The position numbers were made by a program, and so were the translations under genes. 56,940 nt of DNA from positions 1 to 56,940 of IMG/VR virus record IMGVR_UViG_3300048590_001377, one strand, 5' to 3'. A model generated the notes under the pieces. That model was given only the letters and a program-made list of their open reading frames with translations. It did no database searches and was not told where the DNA came from. Shown piece by piece: positions 28,050 through 36,942 of the stretch (position 1 is the stretch's first letter; each line of letters opens with the position of its first letter). Source of the stretch: a virus (Duplodnaviria; Caudoviricetes).

Positions 28050-31045
28050 GTCGTCACCGTCGCGTCGCCAAATTGCGCCATGTCACTGCCCTGCACCGCT
28101 ATCGCCTTGTCCCCACACCAGCGCGCCACGGCCACTGGATCACCTACGCCACTTGCATCCAAGCCCGTTGGAGCCACCGGCCTGGCGATGCGTGGCGCAC
28201 CAAACTCCCCCGCAAATCCTTGTGTGTGCATCACGCGGGACAGGATCGCCCTGCCCCATGTCGCCAGATCGTCCCCATGAGGCTTGACCTTGCCCGCTTC
28301 CCACCGTTGAACCTCTCCGAACACACACGCATCGAATCCATCCGGCTCGATCGTGGCTCGGCCAATGACCTGCGGGCGCGGCACGCCGCCACCGGGTCGC
28401 ACGCCGCGCGCCACAATCACGCGCTGGCCTTGCTCCACCCAGGCCGTACCGAACACCTCACCGCCGCCCAGTGTCACATCACGCACATAGTCACGTTTCC
28501 ACACGCGCATCCGCAGCGCGAACTCGCCCAGCGTGTATCCGTCCATGAGCGTCATGACCGTTCCCGCAGGCTCCACGGTGCGCGGTGAGTGGCTCACCCA
28601 CGCATCGCCCCATAGCGTATGCACCTCGCCACTGAACTCGAACGGCGGGTACTCGTGACTGACCCAGTGCGACGTGCGCGGCCATGCGGGCGCGGCGGGC
28701 GCGCTGATACGAAAAGAGTCCCATCCTTGGGGTGAAACCTCCCTGTGAAAATGTTCAACGCGATGCGCACCAAACCCGCCCGGCACAATTCCATTTGGCC
28801 GCGCCGTCTTGGGACCGGTATCCACCTCCACCACCGCCGCATTGCCATACAGCGCCATGTCGAAGCCGGCAGCCACAACTTTCGGCTCGCCCACCTTAGG
28901 GAACCCCGTCCGCAAGGAACGAATGCCGTCCGGCCTGACGAACTGCCACCTGAGCGAGACACGGGGAGAACCGAAATCTGCCGTCTCGGTTGCCAAAAAT
29001 CCGGACGGAAGAACACTGCGAATCCGATGCTCAACCCGAATCGCGCCGAATGACGGCCGCGTATCCGACTGGCCGTGCACGTAGTAGTCAATCGTGTGCT
29101 CCCATGAGGTTGCGCCCACGCCGTAGGGGTAGCCCTTTGGCGCCCATATATAGTGCGGCCAGAACTGATGCCCCTCTGATGCGGGTGGGGGATCGATACC
29201 TACCGGCATGATCCACTGCGTTGCGTTCAGGCTTGGCCGTCCGAACTGCGACCCGGCCGGATCGTAGGGCGGGGTGATGCCAACCGGGATGATGCCCATC
29301 AAGGTTACGATCGGCTCGCCCCACTCGACGAAATGGCTACCTATGGGCCGAATTACCTTGCCACCGACGATCAGCCCGCCATCGTTCTGCCTTGTTCCGA
29401 ATCGCTGCGAGTCCCAGCCTATACCGCCAACCGGCTGCGGCGCCGGCGGGTCAGGGATCACATTGCGCACCTGGTGCAGTGGGCTGATCGGACGTGGCGC
29501 GATGCCATTCGGTAATACCCAAGACCTGCGATCACGCACGATGGGCCTGCCCCACCACACAGCGTTGAAGCCCTGCAACTCGTACCGCTCGAACTGATTG
29601 CGCACCTGCGTGGCGCCCCACTCTGTCGCCACCCAGCCAAATGCGTGCAGCTCAGGCGTCCGATTCCAAACCCGTGTCTCACTGCCCCACCGTGTGCGCG
29701 ACAGGATCGAGTTGGGCGCGATGATCGTGAAATGCTCGCGCACATTCGCCAAACCGTGTCGCCACGCATCGAATCCCGGCGGCTGGACGAAGCGTTGCAA
29801 GTGTTGCACCGTGGCCACGCCGAGCGGCGGTGGACGCGGCAATGAGAAAGGCGCGACAGTGCGCTCCCCAAATGCCACCATCGGCACCCCGAATGCTTGC
29901 GAATCCCAATGCGCAGGCCTCGTCGTCTGCTGGTTGCTCCACACTGGGCCGTGCGCACCAAACACCTGCGAATTCCATCCAGCCGGGGCCAGAACACGCG
30001 CATCGTTGTGGACCGCAAGCCAGTGGCCGAGCGTGAACGAATCCCACCCAGCCGGTCGCAGTTCGCGGTTCGCATCCGCCACCAGCGCATTACCCCACAG
30101 CGTGCACTCCACGCCATACTCAAGCTCGACGATGCGTGCCTTGTTGGCCACCTCGGGCCTACCAAACTTGCTTGACCGCCAGCCTTCCGGGTGCGGCGTC
30201 TTGTTGCGATTCTCCACATAGGTGAACGTGCCAAACACCCCGCCGTCGTTTGGTGCTGGCTCATTGATCTGCGTCAGGTATTGCGTCAGGTTGTACGCCT
30301 CTGGCCTCCCGAACCGCGACTGTTCATCGAGACCGCCATCCCGCCATCCACTCGGCTTGGCATACTGCGTCCAGTTCGAAACGGCCGGCTGTCCGTAGCC
30401 GCCCGCGACAAACCCCGCGTTGGCCAGATCGAGTGCAATTCGCGGTGTGTGAACTTCATGCCCGCCAAACACTTTCGATTCCCAACCCACCGGATCAACA
30501 GGATGGTCGTGATCTACCCTCGGCAAACCAGAAAGCGTGGCTACATCACCTTGCGGAAACACCTGCCGCTCGCTGAACCACACATTGGAGGTGCCAAACG
30601 GCCCTGACACGATGCCATGACCCGCAAGATCGATCTCGCGCACGCCACTGGCCACCATGGCATCGCCCCACTTGGTTTGCACCCCCAGCGACGCATAGAT
30701 CCTTCGCGTCCCCAGGCTCACCCAGTGCTCACCCCACCCAACAAACGCACTCAACCCGCCCGTAGGGCCGATTGTTTGGTGAAAATTCCAGACCAGCGTG
30801 CCGAGGTAGCTCCCCCAGCCCAGCGCATCAAACCCGGCCGGTGCCACATACTCATGTGCGTTGCGGATCGCCGTTGCGCCGAACGCCAGGCCAATAAAGG
30901 CATACGGGTAAACATACTGATCTTCCCCCGCCACCGCGTCCCGACGAAACTCCAGCGGAACGGCACTGCCAGACGGCGGGGTGTATGGCCCACCGATGAA
31001 GTCCATCGGGACTGCGTTACCGGGCGGTGGGGTGTAGGTACTCAC
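28046..31045 (-). CDS. Putative tail protein with degenerate internal repeats, 999 aa
   Basis: Many P-x-G-[WF]-D-S-x-x-[FW]-G units; duplicated N-terminal YTPPxGxAVP. Confidence 0.7.
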   Translation of the reverse strand: MSTYTPPPGNAVPMDFIGGPYTPPSGSAVPLEFRRDAVAGEDQYVYPYAFIGLAFGATAIRNAHEYVAPAGFDALGWGSYLGTLVWNFHQTIGPTGGLSAFVGWGEHWVSLGTRRIYASLGVQTKWGDAMVASGVREIDLAGHGIVSGPFGTSNVWFSERQVFPQGDVATLSGLPRVDHDHPVDPVGWESKVFGGHEVHTPRIALDLANAGFVAGGYGQPAVSNWTQYAKPSGWRDGGLDEQSRFGRPEAYNLTQYLTQINEPAPNDGGVFGTFTYVENRNKTPHPEGWRSSKFGRPEVANKARIVELEYGVECTLWGNALVADANRELRPAGWDSFTLGHWLAVHNDARVLAPAGWNSQVFGAHGPVWSNQQTTRPAHWDSQAFGVPMVAFGERTVAPFSLPRPPPLGVATVQHLQRFVQPPGFDAWRHGLANVREHFTIIAPNSILSRTRWGSETRVWNRTPELHAFGWVATEWGATQVRNQFERYELQGFNAVWWGRPIVRDRRSWVLPNGIAPRPISPLHQVRNVIPDPPAPQPVGGIGWDSQRFGTRQNDGGLIVGGKVIRPIGSHFVEWGEPIVTLMGIIPVGITPPYDPAGSQFGRPSLNATQWIMPVGIDPPPASEGHQFWPHYIWAPKGYPYGVGATSWEHTIDYYVHGQSDTRPSFGAIRVEHRIRSVLPSGFLATETADFGSPRVSLRWQFVRPDGIRSLRTGFPKVGEPKVVAAGFDMALYGNAAVVEVDTGPKTARPNGIVPGGFGAHRVEHFHREVSPQGWDSFRISAPAAPAWPRTSHWVSHEYPPFEFSGEVHTLWGDAWVSHSPRTVEPAGTVMTLMDGYTLGEFALRMRVWKRDYVRDVTLGGGEVFGTAWVEQGQRVIVARGVRPGGGVPRPQVIGRATIEPDGFDACVFGEVQRWEAGKVKPHGDDLATWGRAILSRVMHTQGFAGEFGAPRIARPVAPTGLDASGVGDPVAVARWCGDKAIAVQGSDMAQFGDATVTT

Positions 31046-31048
31046 GGG

Positions 31049-32317
31049 TCACCGAGGGTACGTGCGGGTCTCGTTATCGACCCAGCCACTTTCCCCAGCC
31101 ACGCTCCATTCGTCCGTCCATGTCGTGCCATCATCTGACGATTGGATGGTGAAGGCCGTAGGTGCTTGGGATGCCACCGAGATCGTAATCCGTACCGCGT
31201 CAAAATCAACTGCTGACGGGTACTCAATCGCAATCCAAGCTGGGGGGGCACTATTTGCTGGAGTCCACCGATTCGAATCGAACGTGTTATCGAACGCATA
31301 CCCCGGCGCGATGCCCGAATATGAATATGTGGAGGACGCGGTGATTGTCGCACCAGATGTCGATAGACGCACACCAGCCTCAAGGAACTCGATCTCGCGC
31401 ATCGTCCCGTAAGAGTTCGCCGCCGTCACATACACCCGCCAATACTTGTGCGGTGGCGTCGGTGTCGACACGGTGAACGACGCATACGCTTCCCTGCCGT
31501 TAGTATCCACAGCCTTGATTTGGAACGTACACGTTCCGCTCCCGGCTGTCAGCGTGCCGGGCAACGTAGCCGTGCTGGCATCGAAGCTCAGGCCCGTAGG
31601 CAACGTGCCAGAATCAAGGCTGTAGGTGTACGGCCCAATGCCGCCCGTGGCTGCAAAGACCACGCTCACGGTATCGCCGATAGCCAGCTCCTCGGGCACG
31701 GCCGGGCGTGGCAGACTGAGCTGCGCTACCCGCACCACAATGTCCAGCGTGTGCGTGTACGTGTCGATGCTGTCAGTCAGGTCGTAGGTGATCGTGTAGG
31801 TGCCAGCCGTCGAGCCGACGGCTGATGCCTGTAGTCGGCCCGCCGAGAGCGTCACCCCGGTCGGGTATGTGCCCGACACATAGGCTGCTGTGACCGTACC
31901 CGCACCACCCTCGATCGGCAGCGGCACATCAAGCGCTGCGCCTGCGGTTGCCTTGATTGTTGTGGTTGAGAAACGCGGCGTGAAGTACGGCTGCACGTTG
32001 GACTGCAGTGCATCGTTCTCACCGGCCAAACGCGCGGACACGTCGTAGCGCAGTCGGTGATCCAGCCCTGTGATCGACCACTCCCCGGCGACGGAGGATG
32101 TCGTCGTGGCCGCCAGCGCCCCGTCCCCGTACTGCCCCGGCACTGGCGCGCGCCAGCGCACCATGACCGTAGCCGCTGTGGGTACGCCATCGACGGTAGT
32201 CAACGCCGAAGGGTTCTTGCTCGACAGCGTGCCGTCGCCCCGGAACGAGCGGACGCGCTCCTTCCGACCCAGCAGTGGGATCTTGAGCACATGCACCTTG
32301 CGGCCGATATAGTCCAT
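31049..32317 (-). CDS. Tail fibre/adhesin: two putative Ig (He_PIG-like) domains plus a C-terminal discoidin/F5-8C-like domain, 422 aa
   Basis: ATGGIGPYTYSLDSGTLPTGLSF (Ig signature); KYWRVYVT..EIEF, AFD..W and FTIQSSDDGTTWT (discoidin-like). Confidence 0.75.
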   Translation of the reverse strand: MDYIGRKVHVLKIPLLGRKERVRSFRGDGTLSSKNPSALTTVDGVPTAATVMVRWRAPVPGQYGDGALAATTTSSVAGEWSITGLDHRLRYDVSARLAGENDALQSNVQPYFTPRFSTTTIKATAGAALDVPLPIEGGAGTVTAAYVSGTYPTGVTLSAGRLQASAVGSTAGTYTITYDLTDSIDTYTHTLDIVVRVAQLSLPRPAVPEELAIGDTVSVVFAATGGIGPYTYSLDSGTLPTGLSFDASTATLPGTLTAGSGTCTFQIKAVDTNGREAYASFTVSTPTPPHKYWRVYVTAANSYGTMREIEFLEAGVRLSTSGATITASSTYSYSGIAPGYAFDNTFDSNRWTPANSAPPAWIAIEYPSAVDFDAVRITISVASQAPTAFTIQSSDDGTTWTDEWSVAGESGWVDNETRTYPR

Positions 32318-32322
32318 AGCCG

Positions 32323-33279
32323 TTACTCGAACAACATGGCCACGCCGGCGTAATGCGCTTCCTCACTGTCTACGGCAAGACACGTCTCGCGGCCGAGTGC
32401 GATGAAGTTGCGCGCGGCCCCGACCACAGGCTGGAACTCGAACTGCTGCCCCTCGGCGATCGTGGTGTGGTAGTAGCTCACCATGAATGGGAACGGCTGC
32501 GGCGGGCTGGATGGGTAGTGCAGCGGGTCGAGTAGCAGGCCGTCGACGCCTGCTGCAATATCCGAACGACCGATCCGAGGGCACACACTGTCTTTGGCGA
32601 CAGGTGTCCCGCCCGCCGAAAACGCTGCTACGGATCGCTGTAGTTTGGTGCCCCAATCCTGCCCGGTGGTTGTAAGGGTTGGGTAATACACCCCCAGCCC
32701 CTCGCCTGTCGGTACGCCAGAAGCATCCAGCGTGCGCTGGATGAACAGCGATAGCGTTGCGCCGTAATACACTCCGTAGCCAGATGAAAACGGCTTGTTT
32801 CGCGAACCCGCCCCATAGCACAACCCGAGAAACCCGTCGGCTTCCGAGTAACAGAGATATGATTGGCCGGCGGAGGTGAGCTGCGACGTTGTTGAGCTGC
32901 CAGTGTTGTAGGCCTGCGGGCACTGGAACGTCGCAACGGCGGTACCCTTGAAAGACACCGTGGCGCGAATCCGTGGCGTGCGAGTACGGTTCGTACTCGA
33001 ATTGTAGAGACCTTCAATCCCACACCCGAACTCCAGCTTGATGATGACCGGAGCCGTGGCTTGCAGTACATCATCAAACCGATACTCTCGGAACCCCTCG
33101 AACGTACCGTCTGCAGGCAGCGCTGAAACCGCACTGATGTCAAGCTGCCCAGCCGTCGCGGTCTGTACCAGCCCCGCGTCGATCAGGCAATCGTGTACAT
33201 CGGTGAACAGCGTCTTCCATGCGGGCAGATCATCCCGTAGCGGGATCGTCGGCGGGGTCCATTGTTTGGCGTAGCCCAT
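32323..33279 (-). CDS. Putative tail-associated protein, 318 aa
   Basis: Start re-called to MGYAKQW (TAATG overlap, GGAGG RBS); adjacent to the adhesin. Confidence 0.65.
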   Translation of the reverse strand: MGYAKQWTPPTIPLRDDLPAWKTLFTDVHDCLIDAGLVQTATAGQLDISAVSALPADGTFEGFREYRFDDVLQATAPVIIKLEFGCGIEGLYNSSTNRTRTPRIRATVSFKGTAVATFQCPQAYNTGSSTTSQLTSAGQSYLCYSEADGFLGLCYGAGSRNKPFSSGYGVYYGATLSLFIQRTLDASGVPTGEGLGVYYPTLTTTGQDWGTKLQRSVAAFSAGGTPVAKDSVCPRIGRSDIAAGVDGLLLDPLHYPSSPPQPFPFMVSYYHTTIAEGQQFEFQPVVGAARNFIALGRETCLAVDSEEAHYAGVAMLFE

Positions 33280-33722
33280 TATTCGTTGCCTCCAAGAATC
33301 CAATCGCGGATCGCGCGTGCGTCCATGTTTGTCCTCAACCCACACGCGGCCAGATCGGCCACCATTACATCCATCATCTCCGCCCGATTGCCAAGCAGGC
33401 CATGATGGGCAAAATCGGCGCCGCTCATCTGCACCAGCGCCCCGACCGTCGAAATGCCAATCGATGCCAGCCGTTTCGCCAGGGCCAGACCAAACACGCC
33501 CGCCGATTCGATTGGCGCGTTCAGTAGTGCATTGCGGCCCGCTCGGGTTTTCAGGTCGCGGGGTGACTCATCGTCCGCATCCAGATCGATCCCTGCCGTC
33601 ACCACGGTCAACACCTTGGGGAACATCGTGTCAAAGTCCTGCGGCGCGGCCTGCAACACCATGCGTGCCACCTCCATGCGCACACCCAGCTTGGCCTGCC
33701 GCTTTTGGCTGCCACAGCTCAT
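33279..33722 (-). CDS. Hypothetical protein, 147 aa
   Basis: Start re-called at the ATGA overlap; the C-terminus (LASIGISTVGALV) resembles a helix-hairpin-helix. Confidence 0.6.
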   Translation of the reverse strand: MSCGSQKRQAKLGVRMEVARMVLQAAPQDFDTMFPKVLTVVTAGIDLDADDESPRDLKTRAGRNALLNAPIESAGVFGLALAKRLASIGISTVGALVQMSGADFAHHGLLGNRAEMMDVMVADLAACGLRTNMDARAIRDWILGGNE

Positions 33723-34021
33723 GCCGCCCCTCGTATTGGGTCTTCGCCCTTCCAGTAACCTTTCGCCGAATGCCACGCGACGTACTTCTCCAGCCACTGC
33801 GGCAACTCACCGCGATGGATCGCCTGCTGCGTGCGTTGCTGCGCGTAGGCATCCGCAGGCATGCCGACGAAGTTCGGTTCGCGTTCCTCGACGTACATCT
33901 GATAAGGCGGATAGCGGCACAGCCGCGCCAGATCGAGTTGCCCGTCTGGCGTGTGTACCGGCTTGGCTTCGATCCCGGATGGTGCGACGACAATGGGCGG
34001 TGGTTTGACTGCTTCGGTCAT
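33719..34021 (-). CDS. Hypothetical protein, 100 aa
   Basis: ATGA overlaps on both sides. Confidence 0.7.
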   Translation of the reverse strand: MTEAVKPPPIVVAPSGIEAKPVHTPDGQLDLARLCRYPPYQMYVEEREPNFVGMPADAYAQQRTQQAIHRGELPQWLEKYVAWHSAKGYWKGEDPIRGAA

Positions 34022-34590
34022 TGATTCGCTCCAATCAGTTTGGCCCGCTTCGGTGCATCCACCGAGGTGTACCTGCCCTGCCCGCCGGACAACTGCGCCG
34101 TCAAGGCGCGCACCGCCTCCACGCCGACAACCGGCTCACGCAACGCGGCCGTGATGTCCGAAAGCATCTCCCGAATGTCATCTGGCGTGATCCCATCACC
34201 CACACGGGCAAGAAACTCGGTCAGGTTCGCGTTCAGCGCCTGCGACTGCTGCAACTGGTTCTGCAACTGCCGTGACTGCTCAACCCAGAAGTCACGCTCC
34301 AGCTTGGCGCGGCTCAGCGCCACCGCCTCTATCCGCGAGCGAGATGATCCACCGCGATCAAACAGTTCCCGCACGGCCGCATACGCCCTTTGTGAAGCCT
34401 TCACGATCAAATCTTTCTCCTTCTCAAGCCCGCGCACACCCAGTTCATGCGCGGCGTCCAATATCCCAAGGGCACGCGCACGCGCCCAATCAACTTCCCG
34501 CTCAGTCTTGGCTACATTCATTTCGGTGATTCTGTCCAAAACCAACCCATGGATAGTTGCGTTTTTGCTTGGTTGCCTCATTGCACTCAT
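34018..34590 (-). CDS. Hypothetical coiled-coil protein, about 190 aa (start uncertain between 34581 and 34620)
   Basis: AGGAG lies 7 nt before the ATG at 34590; coiled-coil centre. Confidence 0.6.
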   Translation of the reverse strand: MSAMRQPSKNATIHGLVLDRITEMNVAKTEREVDWARARALGILDAAHELGVRGLEKEKDLIVKASQRAYAAVRELFDRGGSSRSRIEAVALSRAKLERDFWVEQSRQLQNQLQQSQALNANLTEFLARVGDGITPDDIREMLSDITAALREPVVGVEAVRALTAQLSGGQGRYTSVDAPKRAKLIGANQ

Positions 34591-34595
34591 GCGCA
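34582..34595 (-). promoter_or_regulatory. Late-gene hairpin motif, copy 2 (UGCGC-AUGA-GUGCA)
   Basis: 12-nt core GCGCATGAGTGC identical to the other copies; outer pair is U-A instead of G-C; the loop AUG is the likely start codon. Confidence 0.55.
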
Positions 34596-34616
34596 TGCTC
34601 CTATTCGGAAAAGATG

Positions 34617-35030
34617 TCACAACTTGAATATTTTATTCGCCCCGTTGTCCCACGTGACGATGATGTCGCCGCCGTTCGGCGTGATCGGCAAACCCGTCGC
34701 CGTATCGATATAGGCAATCAGCGGACTCGTGCCCTCCGTGCCCGTATCCATGAACAACACCAGCGCCTCAATGCTCGCGCCAGTCACGCTACTGAACGTG
34801 ATGTCCGCCGCGTCCGCAGCACCACCGGTCGTGGTCTTGCTGGTCAACGTCACGCCGGTTGACGTGCCCACTCGCGCCGACGCGGAAATGTCGGACAAAA
34901 ACTCGTGCGTCGTGAAATTTGGGGTGTAGGCGCCGGTGTCCACCAACAGACACTTGATCGCATCGCTCATCCAGTTGAGCTGCGCCTCAAGAAATCGTTG
35001 CCGGCCCTTGTCGTACAGGGTGTTTGCCAT
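34617..35030 (-). CDS. Virion/tail structural protein, 137 aa
   Basis: Start MANTLYDKG with GGAGAG RBS; C-terminal LPITPNGGDIIVTWD recognised from phage tail-associated proteins. Confidence 0.75.
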   Translation of the reverse strand: MANTLYDKGRQRFLEAQLNWMSDAIKCLLVDTGAYTPNFTTHEFLSDISASARVGTSTGVTLTSKTTTGGAADAADITFSSVTGASIEALVLFMDTGTEGTSPLIAYIDTATGLPITPNGGDIIVTWDNGANKIFKL

Positions 35031-35205
35031 GAGTACTCTCCATCGTTGCGGCACTCATGCGCCTGGTCTTGTCGTGCTTGATCTTGATCTCGGCCGGCGC
35101 GGTAACCACGATCCGTGCACGCGCGCCCGTCTTGTATTCCAATGAAAGTTCCACGCCGCCCGCGATAATCCGGTCGCCGGGTGAAATGTCGAAACAGGCC
35201 GGCAT
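34987..35205 (-). CDS. Small CsrA/RsmA-fold-like protein (paralog B), 72 aa
   Basis: FDISPGDRIIAGGVELSLEYKTGARARIVVTAPAEIKI aligns by eye with CsrA ([39 protein letters not shown]); GGAG upstream. Confidence 0.6.
   Translation of the reverse strand: MPACFDISPGDRIIAGGVELSLEYKTGARARIVVTAPAEIKIKHDKTRRMSAATMESTHGKHPVRQGPATIS
35049..35066 (-). promoter_or_regulatory. Late-gene leader motif, copy 3 (CCAGGCGCATGAGTGCCG)
   Basis: 18-bp exact match to 26835-26852; stem ends 19 nt before the ATG at 35030. Confidence 0.7.
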
Positions 35206-35207
35206 CG

Positions 35208-35888
35208 TCAGACGAACTCCGCCTGCACGCCGACAATGGGTGAAATCCCCCACAGCCGTATTTCCGTCATGCTCGGGAGCCGCCCCACCTTGGCCGCGAA
35301 CCGCTGCGCGTAATCCACTGCACGTTGATCGCTGCGCGTGTCGGCGTCGATCAGGCTGAAAGCCAAATGCGCAGCCCAGTCAAGAAGGTTTTCGCGCCAA
35401 TGGCTCGGAATGGCGGGCACGTCACCGTCAGCCGCCATGACCTCCGACTCCAACGGCGTGCGCCAGACGTTGAGGTGCAACACGCCGGCACTATCCACAG
35501 GACGATCCAGGTACAGCCGCCCATCGTGGTAGTCGGGAATCCAATAGTCCGGGGAGCCGGCCTCACTGTTTTCCCAATCTGGCTTCTCCTTCCACAACCG
35601 TTTTGCCGTGATGCCGGCCAGCCCGTGACAATGCCCAACGATGCGCGCATGGCGGACGGCGAGAATGGCTGGATGCAGGGTGATGTAGCGGTCACCCTCG
35701 GCGAGTGCGTACTGCGTCACCTCCGGCGTTTCGGTGTCCACCAAACAGCGGGCGCGGAGACACACCTGAGTCACGGCGGCGTTGAGATGGTCGATCAGCG
35801 CCGCGTCGCTCCACAACTGGCCAGGCGTAGTCGTGTCGTCCAGATAGTCCCGACGAAGCCGCGTCAGAAGGGTTTCAAGGTTCATCAC
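35208..35888 (-). CDS. Head-tail adaptor/connector-like protein, 226 aa
   Basis: LRRDYLDD...WSDAALIDHLN pattern typical of podoviral adaptors; located after the capsid genes. Confidence 0.65.
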   Translation of the reverse strand: MMNLETLLTRLRRDYLDDTTTPGQLWSDAALIDHLNAAVTQVCLRARCLVDTETPEVTQYALAEGDRYITLHPAILAVRHARIVGHCHGLAGITAKRLWKEKPDWENSEAGSPDYWIPDYHDGRLYLDRPVDSAGVLHLNVWRTPLESEVMAADGDVPAIPSHWRENLLDWAAHLAFSLIDADTRSDQRAVDYAQRFAAKVGRLPSMTEIRLWGISPIVGVQAEFV

Positions 35889-36358
35889 CGATCGCCCACG
35901 TGCGCCTCAACCACGTCGATCCAGCTCTTGCGCGGATCACCGGACGCCCTTTCCGCTTCGAGTGCTGATTTCAACACTTCAATGGGTTTTGTGTTGATCG
36001 TGGCCTTGAGCGCGCGCACCGTCAGTTCGCGGACCTCGGCAACCATTTCAATAAACTCGGGAGAATCGGCAGTCGGTTCGGTCTGCGGCTGCGCAGAGGG
36101 CGCAATCGGCGCCACCGTCGCGGCGGGTCGCTGAATCTGCACCTGCACGCCACCATCCTGCGCCATTCGGAAGCTGCCCGTCATAGTCAGCAACCTTTGG
36201 ATGTGTGCTTCCTCGATCACCTCGCACACATACGGCGCGTTCGGGTCGTCGGTCTCCGGCGCGAAGTGATATTGCCCAGCAGGCCACGGCCAGCGATCAC
36301 CCGCCGAGAACGTCACATGCGTTCCGCCGCTGCGGCGCAAAATACTTTCTATTTTCAT
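35885..36358 (-). CDS. Hypothetical head-module protein, 157 aa
   Basis: GAGGAGG RBS; coupled to the adaptor gene. Confidence 0.7.
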   Translation of the reverse strand: MKIESILRRSGGTHVTFSAGDRWPWPAGQYHFAPETDDPNAPYVCEVIEEAHIQRLLTMTGSFRMAQDGGVQVQIQRPAATVAPIAPSAQPQTEPTADSPEFIEMVAEVRELTVRALKATINTKPIEVLKSALEAERASGDPRKSWIDVVEAHVGDR

Positions 36359-36368
36359 TCTGCCTCCT

Positions 36369-36399
36369 CAAAACGAAGGGGCGCACGATGCGCCCCTTC
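36369..36399 (-). terminator. Intrinsic terminator-like hairpin
   Basis: gaaggggcgca/tgcgccccttc 11-bp stem followed by GTTTT on the minus strand. Confidence 0.65.
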
Positions 36400-36421
36400 A
36401 ACCTCACTGCCCTGCGAAGGA

Positions 36422-36886
36422 TCAGCCGTCGATGGTCGCGTCGTACGGCCGAGTCACCAAGTTGGCAACGATCTTGCCGGTCGTCGCCACCGTGGCGTGG
36501 GCCGCCAGCGCGTGGACGTAGAGCAACACCGGCGCATTCGGGCTGCCGATCATGCCCGACACCAGAATGTCCTCGCCAGTCAGCACCACGGCCGTTTCGG
36601 ATGCGGCCGTGCCTTTCAGCGCGTCCGCATCGTCCGCCGTACCAATGGAATAGTCACCGGTCGGCACGCCGTCGGCGTCAATGGCCGGGAGGCTAATGCT
36701 GGACAGGTGCTGCACCAGCACTTCGCCTGCCGGGATAGTCGCGAAATGAATCTTGTCGGTGGTGACGCTCGTGAACGTCGCTGGGCCGTCTTTTGCGAAG
36801 TCGAACACCTGCTGGTTCAGCGTCAACTGCCCGGCGTCCTCGCCCGTGCGCAGGCTCGTGATGCCACTGTTGGAATAGGTAGCCAT
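36422..36886 (-). CDS. Putative capsid decoration/minor capsid protein, 154 aa
   Basis: Start re-called to MATYSNSG (AAGGAG RBS); immediately follows the major capsid gene. Confidence 0.65.
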   Translation of the reverse strand: MATYSNSGITSLRTGEDAGQLTLNQQVFDFAKDGPATFTSVTTDKIHFATIPAGEVLVQHLSSISLPAIDADGVPTGDYSIGTADDADALKGTAASETAVVLTGEDILVSGMIGSPNAPVLLYVHALAAHATVATTGKIVANLVTRPYDATIDG

Positions 36887-36901
36887 GAAAATTCTCCTTG
36901 C

Positions 36902-36936
36902 GAAAAGATGAGGCCCGGAACGCGCGTCCGGGCCTC
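36902..36936 (-). terminator. Intrinsic terminator-like hairpin after the major capsid gene
   Basis: gaggcccgga/tccgggcctc 10-bp stem followed by ATCTTTT on the minus strand. Confidence 0.65.
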
Positions 36937-36942
36937 GATGGG

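Noticed and set aside
28046-33279. Diversity-generating retroelement targeting the tail genes
   Set aside because: No reverse transcriptase and no TR/VR pair differing at adenines was seen.
33714-33727. GCGGC-AUGA-GCUGU hairpin at a gene junction
   Set aside because: The stem sequence differs from the motif and AUGA is expected at stop/start overlaps; probably chance.
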